Source of the DNA: the human T2T-CHM13v2.0 reference genome, Homo sapiens
DNA length: 64,000 nt
NCBI RefSeq assembly: GCF_009914755.1
Contig: NC_060940.1
Reading direction: 5' to 3' (one strand)
The notes below the pieces were generated by a model. The model had not been told where the DNA came from and searched no databases. It saw only the letters and a list, made by a program, of their open reading frames with translations. A program made the position numbers and the translations under genes. Of this stretch, positions 21,239 to 41,016 are shown piece after piece. Each line of letters starts with the position of its first letter. Position 1 is the stretch's first letter.

Positions 21239-22039
21239 GCCACAGAACAGTGAGAATGAATGAGCTACAACTACCACAAATCAAAACTGATGTATTGGGG
21301 CCAGCATAGTGACTCATGCCTGCGACCCCAGCACTTTGGGAGGCTGAGGTGGGAGAACTGCTTGAAGCCAGGAGCTTGATACAGCCTGGGCAATGTAGGG
21401 AGATCCTGTCTCTAAAACAAAAAAAAAACCCTGACATATCTTCCAGACACAAATACCGAACAAAAGAGGACAGATGGAAACAAGAACATACTGTCTAAGT
21501 CCATATATAGACCGTCCATTCAAGAAGAGGCAAAACTAATCGATGCTGTTAGAAGTCAGGATAATGATTATCCTTAATTGAGGGAAGTTCTTAGAAGGTG
21601 CATGTGGGAGCTTCCATGGGGCTGGTGGCATTGTCTTATTTAAAATGGATTCTAGTTACACAGACGTGTTCAGTTTATAATAATTCTTTGCACTGCACGC
21701 TATGGCATACACAATTTTCTCCATGTAAATCATATGTCAATAAAAGGATTTTTGAAATAAAAACCCTGTGCTTCTTACATACTCTTCTGGGTGTAACAGA
21801 TGCCCATGTTGGGATGAAGAAGATATACATTTGTTTCCACTTGTTGTCCAGGTGTCTCCAAACAAAAACGCTGTGTTCCCAGAATACTTGGAACCTTTCT
21901 GACTCCATACTCAGGCCATGTTACTGTTAAAATAGTTTCTATGTCTGAAATCCCCATAAGACCATGAGTTTCTGGAGAGTGGAGGGCCTGCCCTAATCAT
22001 CTTTGAATTTCCAAAGCCTATTCCAAGGTCCTGATACAC

Positions 22040-22445
22040 ATGGGAGGGAGGGAGAGAGATGGATGGATGGTAGGTGGAAGGTGGATGGATGGATGAATGA
22101 ATAAATGGATAGAGGATGGGTTCATGGATGAATGGACGGATGGATGGATGGGTGGGTAGATGAATGGGTGAATGATGGACGGATGAGTAGAGGATAGATG
22201 GATGAATAGAGGATGGATTGATGGATGAATAATTCATGGATAGAGGATAGACGGATGATGGATGGATGGATAGAGGATAGATGGATAGATGGAATGGACA
22301 GAGGATTGATGGATAGACGATGGATAGATGGATGGAGAATTGATGGAGGAATGGATAGAGCATTGATGGATGGATGATGGATGGATGAATGGATGGATGG
22401 ACAGATGATGGATGGATGGTAGATGGATGAATGGATGGATGATGA
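22040..22445 (+). repeat. Degenerate (GGAT)n tract (partial duplicate at 23970-24180)
   Basis: Visible tandem units. Confidence 0.9.
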
Positions 22446-22874
22446 TTAATGCAAATTCTTGGCTTAGCTTAACTCAGGTACAAATCACCCAGAGTTCTGG
22501 CTTCAAATCAGTCACTATGTTCCAGGAACAAAGCCTAGAGATCCCAGACTTCTCTGGTTCCTCAGGCCAAACCAGACATTACAAGGCCCTTCACAACAGC
22601 TATTCTCACGCCATGGGGTCCCTGGCCCAGCTCAGCAAAAGGACCCAGCTGCTGACCACCCATCCATTTGCTCCCACTTACTATGGTAGAAAGCCTTCTC
22701 CCCAAAATGAATGAAGCTGCTGTTGACAGGGCTTGGAAACACACTTCCTTTTAACCATAACATCTATGAAAGAGTCTTTGTAAACTATGAAGAGTTGCAC
22801 TCACAGTTTTAAAAGTGTCAATTTAAACTAAAGATTCCTGAAATGCCTGCACAGCCCAGGCGAGCCGGCCAACT

Positions 22875-23097
22875 CAGGGTTTCTCAATCTTGTCACTGCA
22901 GAAATTGGGGGCCAGATAATTCTCTATTGTGGGGAGCTGTCCTGGGTATCATGGGAAGTTTAGTAGCATCCCTGGCCTCTAACCACTAGATGTCAGTGGT
23001 GGTTACCCTGACAGAGTTGTGACAACCACAAATGTCACCAGATACTACTCAATGTCCCCTGGGAGGCAAACTCACCTCTGGCAGAGAACCACTGGTC
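22875..23097. mobile_element. MER20 DNA transposon (similar copies at about 6530-6750 and 43035-43250)
   Basis: cagggtttctcaatctt...ggccagataattct...gttgtgacaacc...gagaaccactg. Confidence 0.7.
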
Positions 23098-23279
23098 TAA
23101 ATGAACAAAGCCAACTAATGAGGACTGTGGGGACCCAAGGAGGCCACAAACCCATCTGAAGGGGCCAGCAGCTACTCCGTCATTGCCACAGGGGATATAA
23201 GCCAAGTGTTGCTGGAACTTCTGATTTTTCTAGATAATGGAAACCCAGAGTTTTTATGTGAAGTGTACCCATGTTTTTT

Positions 23280-23280
<1 letters not shown>

Positions 23281-23321
<41 letters not shown>
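23281..23321 (+). repeat. (GT)n microsatellite (others: (CA)n about 33974-34012, (TG)n 45722-45762, (TAT)n 8057-8097, (CAT)n 8399-8432, (GAT)n 12235-12258)
   Basis: Directly visible. Confidence 0.9.
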
Positions 23322-23322
<1 letters not shown>

Positions 23323-23326
23323 CTGA

Positions 23327-23605
<279 letters not shown>

Positions 23606-24334
23606 TAAACTTTAGGAACCAATTTCTAAAAATTTTGAAGGTTGTAGTGGCCGATCTCTCCTGTGGGCTCAGGAACCATTGGTTTGCACTTTCTGGTATA
23701 GTTAAATGTAATTCCAGAAATGACAAAAGAATGCCACCACTCCCAGGCCATAAGAGATGAACCTTGGGGCAGAATTAGCAGACAGCAAAGAAGTAAACCA
23801 GTGAGGAGACACAACACAGCAAGGGTGGTGACGGCTGGCAGCATCCTGGTGTGCTGGTGCAAAGCACGCGCTCTGCAGTTAGAGAGTCCTGAGTTCAAAT
23901 CCCAGCTTTGCTTCTTATAAATCTCATTATCTCTGAATTTCCAAATCCTAGTTCCGGGTCCAGATACACATGGGGAGGGAGGGAGATGGATGGATGGCAG
24001 ATGGAGGGTGAATGGATGGATGAATGTATAAATGTATAGAGGATGGGTTCATGGATGGATGGGTGGGTAGATGGATGGACGGATGGGTGATGGATGGATG
24101 GGTGATGGAAGGATGAGTAGAGGATAGATGGATGATAGAGGATGGATTGATGGATGAATCATGGATGAATAGAGGATAGAGACTCTACATGAGTCTCAAT
24201 AAGTCCCATGAGCCTCAGTTTCCCTATCTGCAAAACGGAGATGGTAACAGTAGTACCTGCTTCGTGAAGTTTAGGTCTTGTAAGATGCTGAGCAAGGGCC
24301 TGGCCTAGTAGGTGATAAAGAGTGGAAGCCACCT

Positions 24335-25110
<776 letters not shown>

Positions 25111-25935
25111 TTACACCTCTCTTCTTGCTGAGGAATAAGAAACAGGACTTTCCAACATCAGACATGTGTACCACCAGGGATACACAGGATGGACAATTTA
25201 GGTGATTTTATTTTTTATCTTCAAAATACATTAGAAGCAGTATAACCAGGCCAGGCATGGTGGCGCATGAGGATATCTTGAGGCCAGGAGTTCAAGGCTG
25301 CAGAACCCAATGTGGTGGGGAAAATCCTGGTGTCCCCTGGTCACTTGGAGCCTCATGAAGCTCCAGCCTGAAGCCTGACCCACCCCCTTCTCCATAGGCC
25401 CCTTGATGGAGGGTTTGGAAGTAGCTCTTGGTTTATAAATGGGGTTGGTGTACATTTAGGACTAAGTTGGTTCCTATGAGAGTTCGTCATTTGCACGCCA
25501 TCGTCTGAATGCTTGCTCTGTGTACCATCTGCTCCATTATTTGCTTAATCATTTTCTTTAAATTTACTTCCTTCTCTTTCCTTACATTTGTTTTAATAGA
25601 AAACTTTCTCTATCTTCAGTGAAAAATCATCTTCACTTGCCATAAATAGATGGCAATTATAAATATAAATACAAGGAAAACAGTATTACCAAATTCTAGC
25701 TAGATGCTTGGGGCTGCCGAAGGTGCTGGGCCTGGAGTCTGGTCTCTGTGGTTAAAGGGGAAACAAGTGCCAAAGTACATTGAGAACACTGGGGACTGGG
25801 CATGGTGGCTCATGCCTGTAATCCCAGCACTTTGGGAGGCCAAGGTGGGCTGATTGTTTGAGCCCAGGAGTTCAAGACCAGAGAATACTGGATAACATGG
25901 TGAAGCCTTGTCTCTACCCACCCCTCCAAAAATCA

Positions 25936-26455
<520 letters not shown>

Positions 26456-28403
26456 TCAAGCAATCTTCCTGCCTCAGTCTCCCAAGTAGCTGGGACTACA
26501 GTGTGCACCACCACACCCAGTTAATTTTTTGTATTATTTGTAGAGAAGGGATCTTGCCATGTTGCCCAGGTTAGTCTCAAACTCAAGCTCAAGTGATCTG
26601 CCTGCCTTGGCTTCTCAAAGTGCTGGAATTACAGGCGTGAGCCACCATGCCCAGCAAAACAATTTAAATGGTCTCATTGTTTTCTTTCACAAGGACAGAC
26701 AATGATTTAATAAACCCTCTATTAATCAACCTATTTTAGTTTGTTCCAGTTTTTTTCTATTTATTTTTTTTGTAGAGACAGAGTCTCACTGTGTTATCCA
26801 GGCTGGTCTCGAACTCCTGGGCTCAAGCAATCCTCTTGCCTCAGTGTCTCCAAATGCTGGGATTACAGGCATGAGCCACTGTGCCCAGCCTGTTCCAGTT
26901 TTTTATTATTTAAATAAAACTATACTGAACAGTGTAGTACATCAAGAAAAAAGGATTTGGTAAATTCCTGGCACACAGCAAATACTTAACCATTGTTCAT
27001 TGTTATTTAAAAGCAAGATTAGAAGCAAAACTGACCCCTGTCCCAAATGAAATGAATCATTCTTGGAGGGCCTATGTCATTCAGACAAGGAGGCTATCAG
27101 CACTAGATTCTGATGTGGGACCCTGGCCAAGACCCACATACACCATCCATTTGTCAACTGACCCATACAGCCTAATTTTCCAGACCCCAAGTTATCTTCG
27201 GAGGAGCTGCCCCTCCCCTTATGCAGCATTTCAGCAACCTCAGTGCTATTCTGGGGCTCCAAACGGGCGTAGGCGTGGGAAGGAAGGGAAACTTTCCACA
27301 GTTCTGTCCTGGTGTTCCTGAAAGAGATTAACCTTCAACACTGAGGCACATCTAACGCAGAAGGAAAATCGTTTCTGGAAACACAGTGTCCCGACCAAGA
27401 ATTTCTTTCTGAGCTGCCCTGTTCTCAAGACCCAGTGTGTTTCTTGGCCATTGGTTGGATGATTTTGATCAATATCAATTGATCACCAGAGCAACCCCTC
27501 CAGGAAAAGCCTGAGTAAATCCACTGCCTCGATCACTCCCCCTCCCCTAAACCCTGCCCACATGTTCCTGATGAGGCCAACATCTCTACCTTCAGCTCCA
27601 AGAATCCATTCTTAGGGACCATAATGAAACCACCCTGCGCTTTCCACAACCCTGCCTATGCTGCATAGCTCAGGAATGTGCATATCAACCTAAGCCAACC
27701 AATCAGAGTCAATGACACTCCATTCAGGAACTTAAGCCGGGAATCTACTCTGTTCTTTGGACATAAACCCAAAGAATATAAGGGCTGGAACCCAGCTATG
27801 TTGCTGTCAACAAACTGCATCCTATAGAGAAACAATGTAGTCGAGAGAGATAGAAGACAAGAAATTAGGTTCTAGAAAAATCTTTTGAACACCTAGATCT
27901 CACTGTACCTGAAGCTTGAATTCCTGAACTTTTTTTTTTTTTGAGATGGAGTCTAGCTCCATCTCCCAAGCTGGAGTGGAGTGGTGTAATCTTGGCTCAC
28001 TGCAACCTCTGCCTTCCGGGTTCAAGCAATCCTCCCACCTCAGCCTCCTGAGTAGCTAGGACTACAAGTGTGCACCACCAGCCCTGGCTAATTTTTTTTT
28101 TGTATTTTTAGTAGAGACAGGGTTTCACCAAATTGACCAGGTTGGTCTCGAACTCCTGACCTAAAGTGATCCGCCCACCTTGGCCCCGCAAAGCGCTGAG
28201 ATTACAGACCTGAACCACTGTGCCTAACCTCCCTGAACTTCTCAACATTCTGAGTTAGTCACTTTCCCTTTGGTTTAAGCCAGCTCGGGTTACTTGCAAC
28301 CCTAGTTATACAGCCACTTTTCTACAACACAAACAAACCACCTAGAATAAAATTCATTTTCCTCCTTTTTTTTTTTTTTTTTTAATGGAAGGTGGGGAAT
28401 TCA

Positions 28404-28685
<282 letters not shown>

Positions 28686-28792
28686 CTAATTTCAACATGA
28701 GACCGAGATCTGGTCAAGGGTCTGGGCCATCATAATTCCTTTCCCTTTATCAAGGCTTGAACCGTTTAAAGCCCTCACGCATCGTCACGTAG

Positions 28793-29226
<434 letters not shown>

Positions 29227-29587
29227 TGACCACACTAGACTTGAACTCCTGACCTCAGGTGATCCACCCACCTTGGCCTCTCAAAGTTCTGGGATTACAG
29301 ACGTGAGCCACCGCACCTGGCCTTATTCATGTATTTATAAAATTTTTATCAAATTCAAACAGGCACATGAGTTTTAAAAATCAATTACTACCAAAGGTTT
29401 ATAATGAAAAATAGCATTCTCCTGTCACATCCCTTCTCCAACTCTACCTTACTCCATAATACCTGCTTTTATCTCTTTTAGCTGCTTTTTATCTGGCAGT
29501 TACCACTATCTCTCTGTACAATAGGCTTGCTATATATACTAGCCTATTATAATGTATATACCATTATGTATTACATATCATAGGCCA

Positions 29588-30063
29588 AGGGTTCCCCAAC
29601 CCATAGGCCATAGACCAGTACCGGTCCATGTTAGGAACTGGGCCACACAGCAGGAGGTGAGCAGCAGGTGAGCAAGTGAAGCTTTATCCGCTATTTGCAG
29701 CTGCTGCCCATCGCTTGCATCACTGTCTGAGCTCCGCTTCCCATAAGATCAGCAGCAGCATTAGATTCTCATAGGAGCGCAAACCCTATCGTGAGCTGCG
29801 CATGTGCCCTCCTTATAACACTCTAATGCCTGATAATCTGTCACTGTCCCCCATCACCCCCCGATGGGACTGCAGGAAAACAAGCTCCCAATGATTCTAC
29901 ATTATGGTGACTAGTATAATTATTTCATTGTATATTACAATGTAATAATAAAGTGCACAGTAAATGTAATACACGTGAATCATCCCCACACCATCCCCCC
30001 AACCCTGCCCGCCCAGTCTGTGGAAAAATTTTCTTCCAGGAAACCAGTCCTCAGTGCCAAAAG
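29588..30063. mobile_element. MER1A-like hAT-Charlie DNA transposon
   Basis: ccccaacc...accagtaccggtcc...gcattagattctcataggagcgcaaaccctat...aaaccagtcc. Confidence 0.75.
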
Positions 30064-30160
30064 TAACAGGTGCTTTTGGCCTATTGGAAGACCAGAGGCA
30101 AAGCACAATCGCTGTAATAGGCGATTTCTGGATATGTCAAGTTTAGATAGTATCTAGTGA

Positions 30161-30431
<271 letters not shown>

Positions 30432-31505
30432 TAGTCTTGAACCCCTGACATCAGGTGATCCACCCGCCTCAGCCTCCCAAAGTGCTGGGATTACAGGTGT
30501 GAGCCACCGTGCCCAGCCACCCCCAGCTATTTTTAGTTGAATCAATATATAAGGCTTATATCACAGGTTGGCAAATCTGGTCCCCTGTTGTTTTTGTAAA
30601 TAAAGTTTTATTGAAACACAGCTGCTCTGATGTCCTTGTCTATTTCTCATGGCTGCTTTCTCACTAGGCAACAGAGTTGAGTAGTTGCAACAGAGGCCAT
30701 CTGGTCCTTAAAGTCTAAAACGTTTACGACTGACCCTTTAGCAAAAACAGTTTGCCAACTCCCTTTTTATGACATTAATTAGATATTCTGTGTCAAACTG
30801 TATCCTATGATTACATTTCCTTTGTTGTTGTTCAGCTTCTCCCCCACCCCCAACTTTATAATTGCCTTTCTTTCTCCTGCACCATTTGCTTTTATTATAC
30901 CCTCCAATACATCAAGGATCCTCTTCCAGATCAATCTTTAATTAGGATGGATTCGGTTATACTTTTGGAGAGACGTCAGCAAGATATTTTTCTTTCAAAA
31001 TCAAGGTCTTTTATGGGTCAAGTCACTTGGAAGCTGCTTGATAAACTCGAGGTTAAATTGACCGAAGGCACCAGTTAACTCAAACTTTTGGATTAACTTG
31101 AAATGCCTGATTCAAGTCACGAGGATTGAGGTCTTTGCCAAGACTTCATTATCCCGAGTTTGGATGCATTTAGCAATATTTGGTTCTTTCTAAAAGCCTA
31201 ACATCTTTCCAGTTCTATCATCTAGAATACAAACGGCCCCTGGGAATTTAGTTCTGAGCCCTATACTTGCCCATTTCTGGAAGACCAGAGGCAAAGCACA
31301 AAACTGGAACCCAAGGTACCAAACAACCAAACTGTTTTCTTGGGTGCCAAATAAAAGGAAAAGGAATGTCAACATTTTTCCCTGGCCCATTCCACAGGGT
31401 CCTGCACTGTAACTGCTAATATACCATGTTTGCTGGTACATAAAAAATCCATTCAGCATTCCCCCTTTACCAAAAATTGCTCCACCTCATAGCCTATGTT
31501 CCTGA

Positions 31506-31748
<243 letters not shown>

Positions 31749-32262
31749 TGACCTCAGGTAATCCGCCCGCCTCTGCCTCCGAAAGTGTGGGATTACAGGC
31801 ATGAGCCACTTTGCCCCACCCTGGAAATTTAAATAATGGATAATGCCACCCCCTAGTAGCTGAGGTCTACAATACACTCCGACACAGCGAAGTTCTGAGC
31901 TCACACAGATCCTTTTGGTAACTGTCTTAACCAAAATAACTAACCTTGGGCCACAAAAGAGATGGGAAGCAAAGTCTGTATTGTTCCCATAGAATTTCAG
32001 ACTCAAAACTTATTACTAACATGTAGACTCTACTATGTACAGATAGTCACTGATCCATTCCTTTTTTAAGCTATGCGATTTGTATATATTTTTAAGAGTT
32101 AGTAAACAGCTGCAGGTCCAGAACTCATAACTTCCTACTGGAGTTTGGTATACAGTGTATTATATTTACATAAAAAAACTTTTCCCTACAACAGAGGTCA
32201 GCAAACTTCTGCACACTGCCTGTTTTTGTAAATAAAGTTTTATTGTAACACAGTGATGCATC

Positions 32263-32391
32263 TGCACTCACTGATTTATGTGTTGCCTATGTTCATTGGT
32301 TTATGTGCTGCCTGTGCTCATTGGTTTATGTACTGCCTGTGCTCACTGGTTTATGTGTTGCCTGCACTCATTGGTTTATATATTGCCTGTG
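32263..32391 (+). repeat. 25-bp minisatellite, about 5 copies, inside a MER58 element
   Basis: Unit approximately ctcattggtttatgtgctgcctgtg. Confidence 0.8.
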
Positions 32392-32955
32392 GCTGCTCTT
32401 GTATTACAATGGCAGAGTTGAATAGCTGTGCCAGAAGCCACCTGGCCTGCAAAGCCTGAAGATTTACTATCTGGCCTTTTACAGAAAAAGTTTTGACCCC
32501 TGTTCTACAAAGTCACTGGCAAAACATGTATAATGAAAAATGCTTAGTCCCGCTGCCCCTGCAAATTCCTTATAAAACCAGAATGCATCTTTTATATTTG
32601 CAAGTTTTATAAATTGGCAAGTAAGGCAAATGTCTTTCTCCCTTTCCTTGAAGGCGTAGATTGTGTCTAGTTGGACTTGATGCTCTCTGGTCTAATGAGA
32701 CATGAATCATTAATGATCTAATGTCTAATTGGAGTTGATGGCTACTATGTCACATAGTAGGTGCTCAGTAAATGAGAATGACTGAACACAAGCCACACTC
32801 ACTCATTGGGAGGAGATGAAGAACTGCTCATATGTCACTCACAGACATGGTCCTTTCTGGCAGGATCTGAGACTGTTTTAATAGCCAATCCCTTAACCCC
32901 GGATTCTGATGAAAGGGAAGGCTCAAGCCATCCAATCACATGTCATTGCTAGTCA

Positions 32956-35662
<2,707 letters not shown>

Positions 35663-35726
35663 AGGTCTCAATGTTGGCTCCCACGATGTAACCCGTGACG
35701 TCGAAGTTGATGCGGATGAATTTGCC
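35663..35726 (-). CDS. MYH11: MYH11 exon 7 (64 nt), [21 protein letters not shown](Y)
   Basis: ggcag|GGCAAA...GAGACCT|gtatcctt; the donor is U12-type. Confidence 0.97.
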
Positions 35727-38718
35727 CTGCCAACAGGAAAACACAGTTCAGGCTTTGCTGCCCAACTTCAGCCTTTAACCCCATGCTGTGGGCAAGCAGG
35801 AGGCAGATGGTACAGAGGATGGGAGGTGGGGCAGGGAGATTCTTGCGAACACTCAGAACCCCACAGGTCAAGTTGTCAGGCGGAACCAACATCTGCTGAG
35901 CTGAAACCACCCCAGGCCTGACAGCAACAGAACGTGTAAAACATGTTCACAGATCAATTTCATTCGGCTTTTGCAATGACCGTAGTCCATCATGGCTATC
36001 CCTATTTAAAAAAACTTATTTATTTATTAGAGACAAGGTTTTGCTCTGTCAGCGAGGGCTGGAGTGCAGTGGTGCAATCACAGCTCACTGTAACCTTGAA
36101 CTCCTGGGCTCAAGCAATCCCCTTTTCCCCATGACCTCACCCTCCCAAGCAGCTAGGACTACAGGCATGCACCACCATATCTGGCTAATTTTTAAATTTT
36201 TTTTGTAGAGATAGGATCTCACTGTGTTGTCCAGGTTGGCCTCAGACTGCTGCACTCAAGCAATCCTCCCACCTCAGCCTCCCAAAGTGCTGGGATTACA
36301 GGAGTAAACTACCACACCCAGCCCACTATCCCCATTTTAAAGCTGGGAAAACTAAGGCTAAAAGAGATCAAGTGACTTGTCCAACGTGACGTTGCTCCTG
36401 AGAGGTAGGGCCCTAAGCAGAAAGAAGGTTTTTCCATATTCAGGGGCTAGAGGGCTCCCTCCCCAGACCCCACCCTGCTCCAAAACATCCACATCATCCA
36501 ACTATGGATTAAACCTTTTCTGTGGGACAGGTGAGTATGCATTGGCCACACTGCCCAAGCAGGCCCTGTGTAGGATGTCCTTTAGGCAGGAATGGCTCAT
36601 GTTCCTGGCCCTAGAGGCTCAACAAGTATCTCCAAAGATGGCCCTATCTACCTGCCTCAGCTAAGCCATGAAACCAAGGATGGAACCCAATCCTCCATCT
36701 GTTGGCATGAACCCTTTTCCTGTTTCCTCAACAGGTGAGACAGGATTTCATCCTTTTCCCCCATCATGACATAACATGGTGGGAAGTGTTGGCGTGTGTG
36801 GACACAATCCCCTAGGCTTGCTCAGTCCTTGACAAAACCTTCAAACTTTCCCCATTGGGAAACATGCAGTAGAGTGATTTGGGATGACCATATCCCAGAT
36901 GGAGCCAGGGAGAGCCGGCTGGTCACAGGCAAGGCCCAGGCACCTTCTTCACTCTCCTTCCCAAGATGGCAGGGACGCCAGTGAGTGGAGGATGTTTTTA
37001 GGGATTTGTCTTGCACGTGCTTCCATTTATGACAGGCTAGAAACATTGCACAGAATTGGAACATGCAAACGCAGTGCTTCTCAGTGGAGGCGGCACATCT
37101 GCTATGGAGATTTTGGAAATCGGTGGAAGCCATTATTTGGCTTGTCACATGTTGCGGGGGGGGCCGCTGTTGTTAGTGAACAGTGGGGCCAAGGATATTT
37201 TGGGAGTCCTGCAATGACCTGGAGAGTCTCTGATGCCAATCCTTGTCTATATCCCTTATGACTCTTCCAATGTCTCACCTGCCACTCATGGAGGTAAAAA
37301 TCTGTTTGTAATTAGCCAGGCTTAGAACCTAACCTTTATGACTTTAGATTTTTACGCTTTTTTTTTTTTTTTTTTTTTTTTTTGAGACAAGAGCCTCACT
37401 CTGTCGCCCAGGTTGGAGTGCAGTGGTGTGACTTTGGCTCACTGCAACCTCCATCTCCCCGGGTTCAAGAAATTCTCCCACCTCAGCCTCCCGAGTAGCT
37501 GGGAATACAGGCATGTGTCACTGCGCCCAGCTAATTTTTGTATTTTTAGTAGAGACAGGGTTTCACCATGTTAGCCAGGCTGGTCTCAAACTCCTGACCT
37601 CAGGTGATCTTCCCAACTCAGCCTCCCAAGGTGCTGGGTTTACAGGTGTGAGCCACTCTGTGCCTGGTCTAGATTTTTATGCTTTTAAATGAAAGCATTA
37701 ACAAGTGTTTAAAATGTTGTTCTAATACAAGAATATCCCATCTGTGTGACTCTAGAGAAGATTGTTCTTTGGTTCAGCGCTTCACTGAGAGTCAGTTGCC
37801 ATTCTGGAAAATCCCATGCCAACATCATCAGTGCCTGAACTTGACCCTTTTCCTTGTATTTGTAGCTGTCGCCGTGGATAGACCTAAGTGTCTGTCTCTT
37901 ACTGTGTCTTCTGTTGGTGTGGCCTGGCCCGAGCATTGATATGCTGAAATGCACTTTATTTATTTATTTTTGTAGAGATGGGGTTTCCCCATGTTGCCCA
38001 GGCTGGTCTCAAACTCTTGAGCTCAAGTGATCTGCCCGCCTCAGTCTCCCAAAGTACTGGGACTACGGGCGTGAGCCACCTCGCCTGGCCTGAAATGCAC
38101 ACTTTCATTATGAATTGTCTTATGTTATTTCTTCTTCATATTCCAGTTAGGGCATTATGCTGATGTGTATTCATCTAATACGTGTAGGAGGTGATACTAT
38201 CTATGATTCTAATTTCGGGCGAGGAAAGGAGACATTATGTAATTGTTTGTTACTAAAATGGGCCTTGGGGATCACAGGGTCAGGGACCACCATGTGCATT
38301 TGCTCAGCAGAGCAGAGCTTTCTGCAAAGAGTCTTTCACAGGGCCCCATCTCAGCGAGCAACAGTTCAGAGACCCCCTTCTCCTGGAATGCAGAGGCAAT
38401 TTTTCCTTCATCTTTTCTCACTAAAATATCTTTCTGACCCTCCTACGGAGACAACCGCTTCTTTTGCACAATAAAACCATTGTTGTCTACCTATCATCAA
38501 CCATCCACTTTCAGAGTTCCCCTGCCCTGTTGGGCTCAGGCAAAAACTTTTTGCTTTGGAGCCTGGGGGAGTGTGCATGGGAAGGTAGTACCCCCTGCCT
38601 CACTTACTCTCTGTTATTCAGTTGGAAGAACCAGCTTCATGAAGGCTGGAACCATATCTGAACTATTCATCGCAATCCTGTGAGACTCGCTGAGTGCCTG
38701 GTATACAGTAGGCACTTA

Positions 38719-39363
<645 letters not shown>

Positions 39364-40042
39364 CTAAAATTCATTCACATCTAGTTATTGGAGAAAGCAA
39401 CCTAGGTCCTGACAGTTCTACCTTGGATGGATGTTGTCACAAAACTCTGCCCTTAACCCACAGGTTCTCTCCTATCTCCTACCTCCTCTTAGACCCTGAC
39501 GCTAATGTTCAGATTTACAGGAGGATTTCAGAAGAGAAGCAACTGTCTGAGCTCTCTAATAGCTAGGACATCTGCTCCCTAGGAAGGTCACTTTTTTCAA
39601 GACCAGGGCCTGCTCATCTGTGCAACATCACTGCCACTCAAAGCCACTGCCTTGCACAATGTCGGTGATGTCATTTACATCATGATGAATGGTGCCCCCC
39701 GGAGTTGTGCAGTGCACCACCTGTCCCACTGTACATGGCAGTCGTGCTGCTGTTCATGTTTAACAAGCAGCCTTCTTCAAGTTAAACCACTACAAGCCTC
39801 CTTCTAATTATTTTAGTGCAATTTTTTTTAAGTTGCAATTTTTTCTTTCTCAGGACTGGTTTTCTGAAGTCTTCTACAGCAGACAAGTAAGGAATGCACA
39901 AAACCCACCAGGAATCCTCTTAGCGGACTGCGGAATAAAGCTTCAAAGCAGGTTGCCTGAGCTCCATTCATTGGGTTAAAGGAAGCTGAGACTGTACACA
40001 GCCCACCGGCCCCCTCTGCCGGGATGCCTTTGCACAAACGCG

Positions 40043-40138
40043 GTCACGTGATTAATCATGGCAGGAAAGGGCCAATGTGGTAAGTTAAGCTGGGAAAGCA
40101 AACGAGCTGCTCTTGGCCTAGCCCTAAAACATGGCGGC
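40043..40138 (+). promoter_or_regulatory. Motif cluster: USF/TFE E-box, CCAAT box, YY1 site
   Basis: GTCACGTGA 40043-40051; GGCCAAT 40070-40076; AACATGGCGGC 40128-40138. Confidence 0.35.
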
Positions 40139-40974
40139 TGCAGTTGGGCCCCGAGGCCTCCAGGCCCTGGATTCTGGGAGTTTTTCTCCTTGTCCTCCCC
40201 TCCTGCTTTCCCTTCCTTATTTTTCCAGGCATCAGGGCTGGGCTGGACAGGAGCCGGGAAAGTGTCTAGAGGGGACAAGGATGGGCATGGCTTCCTCCTC
40301 ATTCCTCCGCATGCTAGGAAGGCATCAGGGTACCTGGTCTACAGGACAAAGCAGGAAGCTGCTATTTGTTTCTGTTTTGATTTGTCCACACATCCTCCTT
40401 TTTGTAGCTCCCAGAGAAAGATGAAGCAAAAGCCTCATCCGCATACAAATCTCAGCTACAAGTGGAATCACCACAGCTGAGACTGGTGGAAATTTACAAG
40501 GAGCACCACGGGCATTTCTTTGTTGGTGGGAAGACGACTAAAGGAATCACTTTTGTTCACATAAACTTGGGGTCTCCATGCTCTCTGAAAAAGGCTCCCT
40601 TTCTAGAATGGGGATTCTGGCAGGTAAGGTTGAAAAGTCTTGGCAAGAGAGCTTTAAATCGGGGGACCTGGTTCAAACCCTCAATTTTATAGATGATGAA
40701 ACCATAGCCCCGAGGAGTTAACTGACTCGGCCAAGGTCACACAAAAGCAGATCCCAAATAAGAACTGTAATTCTCCTTCTGATCTGCAACACAGTCACCC
40801 AGGGTCTAACTAAGATGGATTGAATGATCTTTTCGGGAGCCAAGGAAGACACCTGTGGGTTTCTTCTAGGCTGGGACCCACACATCAGCCCCCCAAGCTC
40901 TGTGTTAGAGATGAGTTTACATATGCACAGGTCCAAGCAGGACCAGGTTATGCGTTGCGTAGCTGGGGCCTTAC

Positions 40975-41016
40975 CGCGCCACCAAAGCTAGTGCATCGCG
41001 ACCTCCAAGACTGTTT
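40975..41016 (-). other. Candidate unannotated 42-nt (or 36-nt) in-frame cassette exon in the loop-1 intron (KQSWRSRCTSFGGA)
   Basis: cctccag|AAACAG...GGCGCG|gtaagg; phase 0/0, no stop codon; CpG-rich; weak acceptor; no expression evidence available here. Confidence 0.3.

Noticed and set aside
39854-39886. Plus-strand 33-nt exon-like segment (tttctttctcag|...|gtaagg) suggesting an antisense transcript
   Set aside because: No partner exons or upstream promoter identified, and such site pairs arise by chance. Worth revisiting only if antisense junction reads exist.
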